64,000 nucleotides of DNA. Origin: Narcine bancroftii. Its lineage: Eukaryota. The stretch's first letter is position 1. The number at the start of each line of letters is the position of its first letter. The DNA is taken from NCBI RefSeq assembly GCF_036971445.1, contig NC_091471.1:176762001-176826000 (forward strand), in the 5' to 3' direction. The notes under the pieces are model-generated. The model was not told the DNA's origin and did not search any database. It saw only the letters and a program-made list of their open reading frames with translations. Positions 27,225 to 41,429 of the stretch are shown one piece after another. The position numbers and the translations under genes are program-made.

Positions 27225-29905
27225 TTACCATAACATCCCGACTCCTAAATTCAATACTTTGATTTATGAAGGCCAATATGCCAAGAGCTCTCCTTACAAT
27301 CCTATCCACCTGTGATCACCCTTTCAGGGAATTATGTATCTGGATTCCCAGGTCCCTCTGCTCTACTGCACTTTTCAGTGCCCTACCATTTACTGTGTAT
27401 GTCCTTTCTTGGTTTGTCCTTCCAAAATGCAACACCTCACACTTGTCTGCACTAAATTCCATCTGCCATTTTTCTAGCTGCTCGAGATCTCTCTGCAAGC
27501 TTTGAAAACCTTCTTCGCTGTCCACACCTCCAGTCTTTGTGTCATCTCCAAACCTGCTGATCCAATTTATCACATTAACATCCAGACCATTGATATAGAT
27601 GACAAAGAATGGTCCTTGAGGCACACCACTAGTCACAGACCTCCAATCTGAGAAGTAATCATCCACCACTACTCTCTGGCTTCTCAGCCATTGTCAAATC
27701 CAGTTCACTGCTTCACCATGAATAGCTAACCTTTCTGACTAACCTCCCTTGTGGGACCTTGTCAGAGGCCTTACTAAAGTCCATGTAGACAACATCCACA
27801 GACGTTCATCAACTTCCTTGAAAAAATCTACATTTGGTTAAAAACGACCTACCATGCGCAAAGCCATGTTGGCTATCCGTAATCAGTTTCTGGCTATCAA
27901 AATAATTGTAAATCTGATCTCTTAGAACACCTTCCAATAATTTACCTATTACTGTCATCAGGCTCACCGGCCTATCATTGCCAGGGTTACATTTGGAGCC
28001 TTTTTTAAACAAAGGAACAACATGAGCTACCCTCCAATCCTCTGGCACCACACCTGTGGCTCAGGACATTTTAAATATTTCTGCCAGATCCCCTGAAATT
28101 TCTACATTAACCCCCCCACCCCCCTTAAGGTCCAAGGGAATAGTTTGTTAGGTCCTGAAGATTTATCCACTCTTATTTGCTTTAAGACAACAAGCACTTC
28201 TTTCTCTTTACTTTGTATAGGTTCCTTGACCTCATTGCTTGTTTTTCTTACTTCTCATGACTCTGCCTGCTTCCTGAGTGAATACTGATGAAAAAAAAAC
28301 CATTTAAGATCTCCCCATCTCTTTTGGCTCCATACAAAGCCGACCACTCTGATATTCAAGGGAACCGATTTTATCCTTTTCAATTCTTTTGTCTTAATGT
28401 ACCCATAGAAACACTTAGGATTTTCTTTCACATTATCCTACTTTATTTCTTGAGGTTTTTCTTGCATTTTTTTATATGCCTCAAGTATGCCATTTGTTCC
28501 ATGTTGCCTATACCTGCTATACACCACTTTCTTCTTCCAAACCAGATCCCAAATATCACTTGAAAACCAAGGTTCCCTATGCCTGTTACCTTGCCTTTAA
28601 TCCTGACAAGAAAATACAATTTCTGTTCTCTCAAAACTTCACCTTTGTAGGTCCTCCACTTACCTCACACATCCTTGCTCGGAAACAACTTATCCCAATC
28701 CAGGTATTCTAGATCCTTTCTCATTTCCTCAGAATTAGCCTTTCTTCAGTTTAGAATCTTAACTCTTGGTCCACACCTATCCTTCTCCATAATTAACTTG
28801 AAACTAATGGCATTATGATCTCTGGACCCAAAATGTTTGCCTACAAATACTTCTGTCACCTGACCTGTCTGGTCCCCTAGTCGGAGATCAAGTATTGCAT
28901 CCTCTCTCGTTGGTATCTCTAATTATTGATTTAGAAAACTTTCCTGAACACATTTGACAAACTCCAAGCCATCCAGCCCTTTTACAGTATGGGAGTCCCA
29001 GTCACTATGTGGAAAGTTAAAGTCCCCTACTATCACAACCTATGTTTCTTGCAATTGCCTACTATCTCTCAACAGATTTTCTCCTCCAATACTCACTGAT
29101 TATTGGGTGATCTATAATACATCCATGAGTGTGGTCATATCTTTCCCATTCCTCAGCTCCACTCATATTGCCTCAATAGATGAGCCCTCTGGTCTGTCCT
29201 GTCTGAACACAGGTGTGATATTTTCCCTGATGAGCAATGTCACAGCTCCCATTTCATCTTCCCATTCTATCTCATCTAAAGCAACAGAAACTTGGAACAT
29301 TGAGCTGCCAGTCCTGCCCCTCCTGCAACCAATTTTCACTAATGGCCACAATGTCATAATTCCACATGCTAATCCATGCTCTAAGCTCATCTGCCTTTCC
29401 TACTAATACTCCTTGCTTTGAAATAGATGTACATTAGAAAATATCAACTATGTACAACCTGTTGACTTCTAACAGTACATACAATTTTCACTCCTCCACT
29501 CCTCTATCTGCTCTAGCACTCTGCTTCTCCTCCCCCTGCAAATCTAGTTTGAACCCACCAGAGCAGTACTAACAAACTTTCCCACAAGTATATTAGTCCC
29601 CCTCCAGTTCAGATGCAAACTGTCCTGTCAGAACAGGTCACAAGAACAGGTCACACCTTCCCTGGAAGAGAGCCCAGTGATCCAGAAACCTGAGCCCTCC
29701 TTCCTGCACCCTCTTTAGCCACATGTTAAGCTGCATTATCCTCCTCTTTCTAACCTCACTAGCACATGGCACAGGTAGCAATCCTGAGATCACTACCCTG
29801 CAGGTCTTCTCCTTCAACCTAGTCCCTAAGTCTCTGAACTCTCCTTGCAGGACTTCCTCTCCCTTCCTATTCACATCTTTGGACTCTATATGGACCACGA
29901 CAATC
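27225..29905 (-). mobile_element. Degenerate CR1 LINE (end of ORF1 through RT)
   Basis: VVISGLLPVP, VPEDWRVAHVVPLFKKG, SGVPQG and FGDDTK. Confidence 0.9.
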
Positions 29906-30664
29906 CTCTTTACCTGCAAACCTGAGAAGAGGATTTTCCAATTTCAGTCAGAGCTAATTTTTCAAATATGGCTGTGGACTGTCAAAACCAGTGCACTAAT
30001 CAGACATTATCAACATATTTTTTGGTTATGGCCCTTTCAGACTCTGGTCAAATTTATGGGGCCCCATTCCCTGTGAAGCAGTTGTTTATTTGGTTTCTTC
30101 CGTACATCTCTGGTACCAACTACATAAAAAGCATAAAAAATATTTTATGATTTCATCCTGTGGCCCCCAGAATGGCTGCACTACATCATTGAATTCCATT
30201 TGCAAATCTGGTATGTAACTCTATGTCTTAGTGCAGCACAATTCCACGACAAATGCTGGAATTCCTATCTGACTGGATTTTGTGTATATCCACTCATTGG
30301 ACCTGGAAGAATTTTCTACAACAGCCACTATCATGAGAATCTGAAATGTATTATAACTCTGGCATTCCAACACACACCACAAACGCCAAGCAGAAATTCT
30401 GCTGGAGAATGAATTGTTGCCATCATCCACTCCCTTTTCATCCTTTCCCTACACGTTTAATAAACAACTGCTGGGATAACAGCCAAACCACAGGAGTTCA
30501 ACAGCATATAATCAGAACCATTAAATGGTGAGATGCAAAAATAAATGCACATTTTGGAGTCACTAACTTCATTTAAAGTAATGGAATTTCACTGTAAAAT
30601 AGAGCAAATATAAAACAAAAACCTCACTTTGAGATTTTTCACATTATGTATCATCGATACTTAC

Positions 30665-31381
30665 AAATAATGTTTCATTCATTTTACTCTTGTCCTCCTC
30701 TGAATCGTCCTGTGGTTCTTCACCTTCTGGGACATTTAGATCATTTTCTTGTTCTTGCCAATCTTTCATCTCTCTTCTGAGCTTCTCATTCTCCTCTTCC
30801 AGGTCCTCGATTTGTTCTTGCAGGCTGCTCTCTGATAACTTCAGCTCATGGATCCGTGAGCGGAAGTCTTCCAGTTTACGTGTTAGGAAATTTTCGTTGT
30901 CTTCAGTTTGTTGAAGTCTTTCTAGGAGTTGCTCCTTTTCCTGGTTATTGATCTCTTCTTTTTCTAAAAGGTTCTTCACTTCATCCTGTAGGACCAGAAT
31001 TTGCTCTTTAAGTTGCTTTTCCCCATCCAACAGGCAGCTCCCCTTGTTGGCCAGATCCTTATTGTCCTCTGAATGACCTTTGCTCCTCCTGGTACATGCT
31101 TTCTCCAGCTTTGTGAACTTTTCTGTAACTTGTTGCAGCTCAGTTTGCAGCACAATGCTGGTAGCATTTAGATCGATTCTCTCTCTCTCCAGTTTGAAGA
31201 CCTGATTCTGCAAGCACTGCTCACGTTCCCTCAGCTTCGCCATTAATTGCAGTTGTCTTTGCTTATAGTGTTCAAAGTATTCAGACTGCTTGTTCATCTC
31301 ATCCTCCTTCATCCTTAACTGATTCTGAACACGGCACACTTTTCCCTTTAGCATCTCTTCAGTCCTCTCTTTTTCTGTAAG
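30665..31381 (-). CDS. C4orf50: C4orf50-like exon, 239 codons, coiled-coil (LTEKERTEEMLKGK...NETLF)
   Basis: Acceptor cttcttatttaaag| (phase 0) and donor TTT|gtaagt. Overlaps the 236-aa ORF; the EKER...LREREQCLQNQVFKLER pattern matches recalled C4orf50. Confidence 0.85.
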
Positions 31382-32904
31382 CTTTAAATAAGAAGCATTG
31401 CATTATGATCATGGATCTCAGCTCCAATCATCTGTAGTAAACACAATATTTAAGTCCTCAACCTTTGTATTGAGACATGTAAATAAAGCTGGTCACAAAA
31501 TTTGGTTTTATGGTTCCTGTCAGAGCCCGATGCAAAACATGAAATTAAACTGCTCAGATATTGTTATTTTATTTCTAATATTCAGAAGTTGCTTGTGATC
31601 GTTTGATACATATCAAAGAATTTTGAAGACTCCCCTACTTTAACTGAATTTATTAGGACCCATGTTTATAGATTACAATGAAGAACAATGCTCAAGTAGA
31701 TGGTCCACTTTGATTCAAGACTGCCCGAAGTGAGCTGCAAGATCTGCTCTTCTGTCATCCCATTTACCACCAAGAGCCCATATTAATTTTGAAAGCAAAG
31801 CAGGTACTGATCCTGCTCAAGAACTATGTGGTGGTCACCCCTATTAATACCTTAATTAACAGATGCAAATGTATTCCTGATTCTATTGGCTTCACTGAAT
31901 AAGGTTAACTTGTTGCAATACAGAAAGAGGCTATTTGGCCCATTGAGTCCTTGTTGACTCCCAGCAAACCAATCCAATCCATATTTTCTGTTGCCCTGCA
32001 GTTTATTCTCTTTCACAAGCCTGTGAACTACCCTTTAATTCTTGTGGCACTTACCTACACTAGTTTACAGTGGCCATTTAACCAATGGGATTTGGGATGA
32101 ACCTGGAGCACACACACAGTCACAGGGAGTGTTTGCAAATTCTACATAGACAGCAGTCAATATTAGGATCAAATCTATGTCTCTGGAGCTGTCAGTTACC
32201 AAGTGAAGCATATGAACAATTTCTGTTATGTTACTACTTCAACTAAATCTTTAATACTTGAATGAATAAATTGTCAAAACTAAACTTCTCCAGAGGTATA
32301 GTGTGCTATGACCCTTAAAGGATTCCACAATTGTCTCACTTTTCTATCTATTATCAAAAGTTAAAAGAAACTTACAGATATGAACAAGAGTAATAACTAT
32401 TTTCTGTCCTATGGCTGTTTTAAGCATCATGAACAAATACTTTGAGCATTTTAGAAATATGCCCATCCCAGTGCTGTATTCCACAAGGGACAAACCCAGG
32501 AATAACAAATAATGAAGTTATACAGATAAATAGACACCATAAAATTGAGAGAGCAGCCTGAAAAGGCCCATAAGAGGTCTCACTTCTTGTCTACTCAGAA
32601 GTGCAAATATGCTTGGTCACATTAGCTGCACCAACCCCATGGAGCTCCAAGCAAAGCTCTGGAATCCATTGGAGAGTCCCAACTCTTTGAAGGCACAATT
32701 CATGCTATCAACAGGCCTCAGTCTCAGTTAGGTGTGGGGGAGCACGTAAGTGTAAGGGTAAACAAGTCTAAGTGTAAACAAGAAAATTTCATTGAAAAAG
32801 ATTAGGAAACAATAATTTAGCCACAATTATTGAGTCAACTCAACTTCTGCTTCACTAACACCATTAAAAGCACTGAAGTGAAAAGGGGTGCCTGCCTTCA
32901 TTAT

Positions 32905-33125
32905 TCTACAGTTAGCATAACGGTTAGTGCTGCACTATCTCAATGCCAGCAAATTGGGTTCAAATCCGGTGCTCTCTGTTCTCTCCCTTTCTGCATGGGT
33001 TTCTCTGGGAGTTCCTGCTTCCTACTACTCTTCAATTAAGTACGGGGTTTCTACGTTAATTGGAGTATTTGGGCGTTGCAGGCATGTGGTCCGGAAGGGC
33101 CTGTTACCGTGCTGTTTCTCAAAAA
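32905..33125 (+). mobile_element. tRNA-derived SINE (V-SINE/HE1-like)
   Basis: A/B-box-like ggttcaaatcc head and CR1-like tail gggcctgttaccgtgctg. Confidence 0.6.
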
Positions 33126-34206
33126 TGTTTTTAAAAATTAAAAACTTCAACTGGCTGGATGCAGAACCTCCTGCTGGTTGGGCTGAAAATGTTAAATAAA
33201 CTGCCGGACAAGTAATCCAGGCATTAGAAAAATCATCGAGGAATATAAGGTCATAATATCAGAAAACCATCACAGAAATTTAAAATCAATTAATAAAGCA
33301 AATCTGGGATTTAAAAATAATGAGTAATGAGGGCCAGATTGTCTGAACACAAAACATCCAGTTCATTAACCACCTTCAGGTCTGACCTGTTCACAACTCC
33401 ATGCATACGGCAATGAACTTGGTGTTTAGCCACTCAGTTGAAAGGAAATTAGGGATGGACATCCATATAAATTTCATTCATTAATAAAAAAGGCAGCAAA
33501 AGAATCATGGAATTAAACAGCAGGGAAACAGTCCAAACAGCCCTCGATGGGCTGCCCACCAAATCTGCAAACATTCCGTTAAAGTAATCCTGCACTTTAC
33601 TCCCATTTTATTCTTCCCACATTCCCTTCAGATTCCATCCCTGACCCCATGCTCAGGGCAATTTACATACCAACTAGCAAGGGAAGCAAGAGAACCTGAG
33701 GAAACTCATTAAGGCAAATTTCTCTCAGTTAACATTGGCGTCAGGAATGAATTTGAACCACTGGATCCATGAGGCAGAAACACTATTAACGGGTCCATTT
33801 TGCCGACTTAATTCTTGAATGATCATTAATGTGGGAAACTGAACTGCACGGAGAAGAAATAACACCTGTCTGTATCAGCTTTGCTGGACTCAGCTAAGCA
33901 AATACATTCATTTATTATGCCAGACTTCCAGCTAGCAGCAGGGAAATAATTTAATTATGTGCCCATTCCTGTTTCCAAATAAGTATCAGCAATTTTTCTC
34001 TCTGTAAGCCAAAGGCATTTTTATTCTTCCTCAGTAGATTCCATGGAGAGTTTTTTGGATGAAGTTGGGTTTACGATTTTCAGATTAGCTCACGTTTCAG
34101 CCAAAATTGAAGAATCCTCACATGGTTCACGGCTTGAACGCTGCAGTAATGCAGAAACATCTGAATAGCAAGAACATTGCAACTCAGGATGAACAAACAG
34201 GCTTAC

Positions 34207-34354
34207 TGTGTTTCTAAGGCTCCTCTCCGAAATCTGCAGACATCGGAGCTTTCCCGAGAGTTGCAAATCATTGGTTGTCAATTGCTGTGACTTGGAAGTC
34301 AAATCATTGATTTTGTCCAGAAGCTTTTGTTTCGTCTGTTCCAGATCTTCAATT
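34207..34354 (-). CDS. C4orf50: C4orf50-like exon (RIEDLEQTKQKLLDKINDL...ISERSLRNT)
   Basis: Acceptor tttgattgtttag| (phase 2, completes AGA) and donor ACA|gtaagc (phase 0). 148 nt, coiled-coil. Confidence 0.8.
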
Positions 34355-34989
34355 CTAAACAATCAAACAGTAGCAACAAACTGCATTGAGTCAAAAACAA
34401 TTCAAAGCTTTAGGTAGATATAGCTGAGTGGACAGATATCATTGGTGACTCCTGCTGTGGCCACTCCCAGTTGCTGGACAATTGAACCAGCTTCTACTAT
34501 TCTGCCCTAACAACCAAACCCTGCTCCCAATCTCAAAAGAGTAATTTTCCTCTCATCTACTAATGTTACATTTGCCTGACTAAAACAGTCATTGCTAAGT
34601 AAACTTTGCCAATTAAATTATCAATTTTAACTTTAAATTACACAGCAGGCTTATTGGTAAGGAAATTAAAATAATTAACAGGTTACCTGCTTGGGCCCTG
34701 ATTGTCCCAAAAGCCATGACTACTCCCTCATTAGAACTCATGCTAGACATTGCTGGAGCTCTAAATGTATAGATGAGAAATAGTCTGAATTCAATCTGGG
34801 AAGGCCTGACTGGGCATTTGTTATCACTGGACAATTTTCCTCTAGATTAATTGAAACCCACACATAAAACACTAATATGTGCTGATACCCAGGCCTTTTA
34901 TTTACCCATGGCAGAAGACAGTCAACATTCACACCTATTCCCTAATTGACTTGAACTGACCATCTGCAACATTTCAGAAAGCAGTTAAG

Positions 34990-35690
34990 AATCCAAGATT
35001 CCTTTATTGTCATGTCATAGTACAGAACATGTAATATTAAATGAAATTTCCTCTGCCTGATTTAATGCAGATAGAGAGTCACCATTAGTGTCGCCTGGTG
35101 CCCCTTACAGTAAGATAGAAAGAGAAGCAAAACAGAGTCTCTTCAGAGTCACTGAGAGTCCGTGGATTTGTCTCCAGTGCTCCCGCAGCCTCTGCATCTG
35201 CACAGTCTCCTGTTCAATCCATCAGGCAACTCGAGCTCCAGATCCAAACCTCCAACACAATCAGTAAACACAATCAGAGGCCCTTCTGCCCTCAGCACCC
35301 TCTCCAATCCTGGCTCCACTACCTTGTTCCCCTGACCCATCAATCTGCAGCCCGTGCAGATCCCCCGACCGCAGGTCACCCACAGCCTGTAAGAATCGCT
35401 TAGCCGCTGAGCCTCTCGCTGCTCTGCCACCATGATTACCGACCTGTAGGGTTGCCTCCTTCTCAATAACGGGGCTGGGGGTGTTCTCATTTCTTGTGTC
35501 CTGTGCTGGTCCACTGCTCCTCGGTGTCTGCAACCAGTGGCTGCTGCCAAGCACAGCATCGCTATCTTCAGCACAGACCTCTGCAGTTGCAGAACTTTAG
35601 TTTAAAAACACAGTTGGTTCCTTTAACAGGCTGTTTAATGCCTGTACAGAGCCACCAGCATTAGGACTAGGTGGTTAAACCCTTCACTGC
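34990..35690 (-). repeat. Interspersed repeat with Rex1-like 3' tail (related tail at ~52045-52075, +)
   Basis: Minus-strand tail catgacaataaaggaatcttg matches tgcatgacaataaaataatcttgaatcttg at 52045. Confidence 0.4.
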
Positions 35691-37014
35691 AGCATTGTGT
35701 CTCCACTCTCCCAGTTTATTCTAGTGTCAGAACTGCCGTTAGAGCAGCTCTGGCAGCGCCACCATTCAGAAACCAAATAAGTCAAAGTATTGTATAGTTC
35801 CTCCTCAAAGTACAACCATGAAACAGATAGCTCAACCCCACATGCAAATTTGTCCTCTTTTGAATGAGTGGTGCAGTGGCACAACTGTTAGATCCAGGTT
35901 CAATCCTGACCTCAGGTACTGTCTGCATAGATTTTCTCCCACATTGATAGGGTAACTGGCCACTGTCAATTATCCCCAGTGCATGGCTGAATGTTGGAAT
36001 AGAAAGGGAGGATAAAAATGTAATTAATATGTGATTTATGTAAAAAGGGTGATTGATGGTTCGTCTGTGCTCAATGGGCTGAAAGAGCTGCCTCTGTGCT
36101 GTGAGGTTAGATGTCTTTGCTTTTCTCTGCTCGTTCTTCTGTAGGTATCTAACCCTTCCCTTCTGTGATTTCTACATTCTCATTACCTGTCCCTTCAAAG
36201 AGAGGAACAGAGGAAAGAATAAAGCAAAATATAAAAACAGAGCAGAGAACAGAAAAATGGAGGAATGAATAACAGAAAACAAGAATAATGAGAACCAAAG
36301 GGAGAGAGTGGAAGTTGCCACACACACTTTCCTCAGCATTCAGAGGTACTCAGACATCTTTCAGTGATTTATATCAGATTCCTTTAAAACAGAACTATAC
36401 ACTGCAATATCAATGTACCTCTCAATCCCCAAAAATTAACAGCCGTGTTCAATATCAATAGTGCTCGTAACTTACACATCAAAACAAATCAAGTGTCCTA
36501 AAAAACCTTGGAGCAACACCGTGACCTCAGAGAATTTTGTGATTTCTAAATTCTTACCCACTTCCTAATTTTTAGTTTGTTTAAGATCAGTTTTATGCCT
36601 TTAACCTATTGGTACCATTACCCACACTACCATGTGATTAGATGTATAACCTCCTCTGAAAGTTAACTCAATTGTCAATTCTTTAACCTGTAATAAGCTT
36701 CCTTCCAACACTGCCTTCTCTAATGCTTCCACTTTCCATCCAACCATGTTCTACCTTGTTTACTGTAAATGTCGTGGAACAAAGAATAAACTTGCAAACT
36801 TACCCCTTCAAAGCGTCCATTGTTGACTATGACCTCTGACTTACAATTACAATCGTCATCAATGCTCAAACTCTCATTATTCCAGTTTCAGTTAGTTCAA
36901 TGTTTCTTGCTTTGCCTAACCAACTTATTTGGAAAAATAGGAATTTATTTTCCCACCTGTGTTTGATAACTTAATGGAGGCAAAAGCAGATAATGAGCAA
37001 ATACTCAGCAGATC

Positions 37015-37235
37015 GCCAGTACAGAGCCAGTGACCCAGGTTCAAATCTGGCACTGTCTGTAAGAAGTTAGTACATTCTCCCCGTGACTCTGTGGGTTTAA
37101 TAATGGGTGCTCTGATTTCCTCCCTTCCCCCCCCCCCACCTCAGTAACGAATGGGATTTGTAGGCTAATTGGTATATTGGGGAACAAGGGTTAATGGGCT
37201 GGAAGGGCCTGTTACTGTGCTGTATATCTAAATTT
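37015..37235 (+). mobile_element. V-SINE/HE1-like SINE
   Basis: ggttcaaatc..gtctgtaagaagttagtacattctccccgtg core and gggcctgttactgtgctgtat tail. Confidence 0.65.
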
Positions 37236-37540
37236 AAATGTTTTTAAAAAATTAGAATTTGAGTATTTCCAGCATTTTTTTTTAAATATTTCTAGTATCT
37301 TCAGTTTTTTTTTTATCTTTAAATTTACAAAGGTCATTTTCCTTACCAGTTTCTGACATGATTCCATTTTAATTCTAGTTTTGTTGAGTAATGCTCTTAT
37401 CATTACATCCCGTTTCTCAAATGACAAATGGATTTTTATTCTCTGTTGATCATGTTTCATTTTCCTTTCTATCCTTTCCATTTTTTCCCTATCATTTCAG
37501 CTACCAGTCTCAAGTATTTCTCAAATACTCTATACATTTG

Positions 37541-37665
37541 GGGTAGCACGGTCGGTGTAGTGGTTAGCACAACACCTTTACAGCGCCAGCAATCTGGACT
37601 GGGGTTCGAATCCCACACTGTCTGTAAAGGGTTTGTACGATCTCCCCATCTGAGTGGGTTTTACC
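37541..37665 (+). mobile_element. SINE 5' part abutting a Gypsy fragment
   Basis: gcacggtcggtgtagtggttagc...ggttcgaatcc tRNA-like head. Confidence 0.65.
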
Positions 37666-40310
37666 AGGGTGGTGAGGTTCCGATTTTCGGATAAGGTCCA
37701 CCAAATGGCCCAAGCCACCACCTTTCCCCTCCCACCACCGAGGCGCAAGCAGCATTCGCTCACATCAGGCAGGACCTCGCCGATGCCACCATGCATGCCA
37801 TGGATGAGTACATCCCATCCAGGTGGAGTACGATGCCTCAGATGTTGCCCTCGCAGCCACCCTCAACCAAGGGGGCCAACCCATGGCCTTCTTCTCCAGG
37901 ACCCTCCACAGTTCAGAGCTCGGGCCACCATTGAAAAGGAGCCCCAGGCGATCGTGGAAGCGGTCCGCCACTGGTGCAACTACCTGGCAGGCAGGAGGTT
38001 TACCCTCCTCACCGACCAATGCACAGTGGCCTTCATGTTCAGCACCACCCACAAAAGAAAGATCAAAAACGATAAGATATTGCGCTGGAGAGTCGAGCTG
38101 GCCACGTTCAGCTATGACATCCAGTACAGACCTGGGAATTTCAATGATTCCCCTCGACACCCTATCCCAGACCTGCACCAGCCTGCAGTCCGATCAACTG
38201 CAGGCGCTGCACAACACCCTTTGTTACCTGGGCATTATGTGCCTGTATCACTTCATTAAGTCCCAGAACCTCCCCTTCACCGTCCAAGAAGTCCGGACCA
38301 TAACCGAGTCATGCAGGGTCTGTGTGGATTGCAAACCATGCTTCTTCCACCCACCACAGACCCACGTCGTCAAGGCCACTCGGCCATTCGAGCAGCTCAG
38401 TATCGACTTCAAGGATCCTCTGCCTTCTACAAACAAGAACGACTACTTCCTCTCAGTTATATAACTATAACCATATAACTGTTTACGGCGTGGAAACAGG
38501 CCATGTCGGCCCTTCAAGTCCACGCCGGTTCACTTGAACAATGCAACAGATTCACTTCTTCCTGTAAAGTGGAAAATCTTAATGAAGTTAATTCTCAGAA
38601 ACTGTTAGTTTCAGCAGGATTTGGAAGTGACTGAGAATTACATTTTATATATTTTTTTTACTTTTAGACTTGCAGCAATAGTAAAATGCCCTTCCAGGTC
38701 ACGAGTCTGAGATGCACAAATAATCCAATTCATCTATACCCCGTACATTTTCAATGATTCCCATTTCAGTATAGGCCACGTAGGATCAGCTGAAACCGGA
38801 GAGAGTTCGGCGAACATTCACTGGGATCTGAGAGCTAATATAATGAGAAGCTGAAGGGGCTCAGCGGTGCATAGAGGGGAACAGTCAGCCAACGTTTTGG
38901 GCCGAGATTCTTTATCACAACTGGGGACTTCAGCTACGGGGAGAGATCGGTATACATCGGGTAGGGGGTCTCAATAACAAGAGTGCTTCAGATCAAGATG
39001 AGAGATAGGAGTTTTAAAGTGGATCTTATGGTGGAACTAAAATGAAAGCCAGAATGGTTGCTATCTGTTGGTAAAATCCGATGCAATTACCCCTTTTAAG
39101 ATGCATTTGGACAGGTATTTAAATAGGGAAGGCATAGGTTGTAGACGAATATTCCCATTTTCCCTTCACCATCCCTTGCCGTTACACCTCCACAGCCACT
39201 GTTATCAGGGTGTTGACACAGATCTTTACCGCATTCAGATATCTGGCATTCATCCACAATAACTGGGGGTCCAGCTTTATGAATGAGGAGCTGTGCCAGT
39301 ACCTAGTAGCGCAAGGCACTGCATCTAGTCACATGACTAGCTACAACCCCCAGGAGCAACAGCCAGGTGGAGCACGAAAATAGGGTGATCTGGAAGGTAG
39401 TCCTCCTGGCCTTGAGGTCCAAAGGCTCGTCCGTTGACTACTGGCAAGAAGCACTCCATGCCATTAGGTTGCTCTTGTGCATGGCTACTAATCAGATCCT
39501 TCATGCCTTTCCTAGGAAATCGGGAACTGGCGTCTCCCTCCCAACATGGCTAATGTCTCTGGGATCGGTGCTCCTCCACAAGCACGTGCGGACCCACAAG
39601 TCCAACCCTCTGGTCGAACAGGTGCTCCTCCTCCATTCAAACCCAAACTATGCCTACATCAGGTACTCCAATGGACATGAGGACACTGTCTCGTCCAGGG
39701 ATCTGGCACCAGCATGGGCCCCACCCCACCCCCAATACCACATGTACCCCACCCAACCTCCCATTCAGGATTCACCAGGAGCTGACCTCCTTCCTCAGCC
39801 TCTCCACAGGGTCACACTCCTCGCGGACCAGACCAGCCCAGCCCACAGCACCCCCCCCCCCCCCCCTTGCTGCCAGACACCACCTCAGCTACACCGCTGC
39901 CTGCCTTGGCCACCCCGGGCCCAGCCGACCCTCAGGCAACCCTTCCCTCACCGACCTTTGACCAGAAGCTGACCCTGCAACAGTCTCAGAGGCACAGATG
40001 GCTGCCGGACCATCTAAACTTGTAAGATACAACCTGGCACCATTCCACACCCACTCAGACTTATTTTAAAGGGGTGAATATGGTGATACAACCGTCAGAC
40101 TACTGCAGAGGCCGACCTTTTTACCTGCAGGAAGACCACCTGGGAGGCTGACTCCACCTGGCCAGCTGTCAATAAACCGACCTGGATAAAGACCTTGAGC
40201 CGGCAGTCACACGTATAACCATCGAGACTGAAACTGGTATACAAGACTTTAAGTGGATTAAAGCCTGTGGTAGAGTCTTTCTGTGTTTTATGTCTGCTTG
40301 CTGCTCCACA
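37666..40310 (+). mobile_element. 5'-truncated Gypsy LTR retrotransposon (RNase H, integrase, PPT, 3' LTR 40079-40310), interrupted at ~38460-39150 by CR1/Penelope fragments
   Basis: DASDVALAATLNQGGQPMAFFSRTL, KIKNDKILRWRVEL and RPFEQLSIDFK. PPT aaaggggtgaa, then an LTR with AATAAA ending ...ccaca. Confidence 0.85.
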
Positions 40311-40871
40311 GATGTATATACTTGGTGACAATTTATCATGGTCAATTAACCTACATGCCTCCATGTCCTTGAGATGCGAGAAAGAATAAAATCGCCCAGG
40401 AAACCCCATAGATAGAATGTACAAACTCCATACAGCAGGAGGTCAGGAATGAACCCTGGTTACCAGAATTACTGCAGTTGTAAGACTGTTGCTCTTGCAA
40501 CTGCACTATAATAGTTTTGCTTTGGCAATTTGAGGTATCAAAATCAAAAAATCATGCTGGTTATTTTGGCCATTTTACCTGAAATGAAAAATGTTTATTT
40601 CCCCAATGGCTAGAAAATTTAACCATTTTAAAAATGATATTCAAAAGTCGCTCAGAAACCCAAGATTTCATGTGTACTTGAAATATTTTTAACAACCGCA
40701 GATTTGCTATATGAGAATTTTGAATAACTGATTATGTTTATTCCATGAATTTGAAGTTTTTACTTCTACTGTAGTCCTGATAAGGGACTTGTGCTGAGAA
40801 TGGTTATGCCACTTGCTTGGTGCTCTCAAATAAAGGCAGAGAAGACCACGTAAAATTCAAGTGTTGTCAGA

Positions 40872-41105
40872 AACGGTTGGTGTAGCGGTTAGCTCAAAAC
40901 CTTGACAGCGCCAGCGATCGGAACTAGGGTTCAAATCCCACGCTGACTGTACATTCTCCCTGAGCCTGCATGGGATTTCCCTGGGGGTTCTGGTTTCCTC
41001 CCACCATTCCAAACATATTGGGGGATGTAGGGTAATTGGGTATAAATTAGACAGCAAGGACTGATGGGCTGAAATGGCCTGTTACCGTGCTGTACGACTA
41101 AATTT
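40872..41105 (+). mobile_element. V-SINE/HE1-like SINE
   Basis: acggttggtgtagcggttagc..gggttcaaatccc head and ggcctgttaccgtgctgta tail. Confidence 0.7.
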
Positions 41106-41145
41106 AACTTGAAAATTTAAACAGAAGCAGAATTAGTGGTATTAC

Positions 41146-41429
41146 CTTCCTTGCAAAGTGGCCTCTGTCTTTACGAAGTTTCCAACGGTTTGCTTGAACA
41201 CCTTCTCAGATTGTGCAAAGTCCTCCAATCTCTGTTCAATATCATCAATTTCATGCTTATTGGTCTTCCATTCATCTTGTCGTGTCCCTTCCTTCTTTGC
41301 CTCTTCCAGGTCCTGTAATTGGCAGGAGGTACCAATGGTTATATATACCCTGAGTACACCTGTGCCTTCATCCCTGGGTGAAATGATATGATAACTAAAT
41401 TCTTGCATCTTATCGACGGAGGGCTCCAT
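41146..41429 (-). CDS. C4orf50: C4orf50-like coiled-coil protein, first conserved coding exon (MEPSVDKMQEFSYHIISP...ATLQGR)
   Basis: Resembles the tetrapod C4orf50 N-terminus as I recall it (MEP..FSY..P..G....V...I.TS...QD.E); not database-checked. Phase-2 donor AG|gtaata. Confidence 0.7.

Noticed and set aside
37541-37620. tRNA gene
   Set aside because: The tRNA-like head continues into a SINE body found in several degenerate copies; no complete cloverleaf or terminator.
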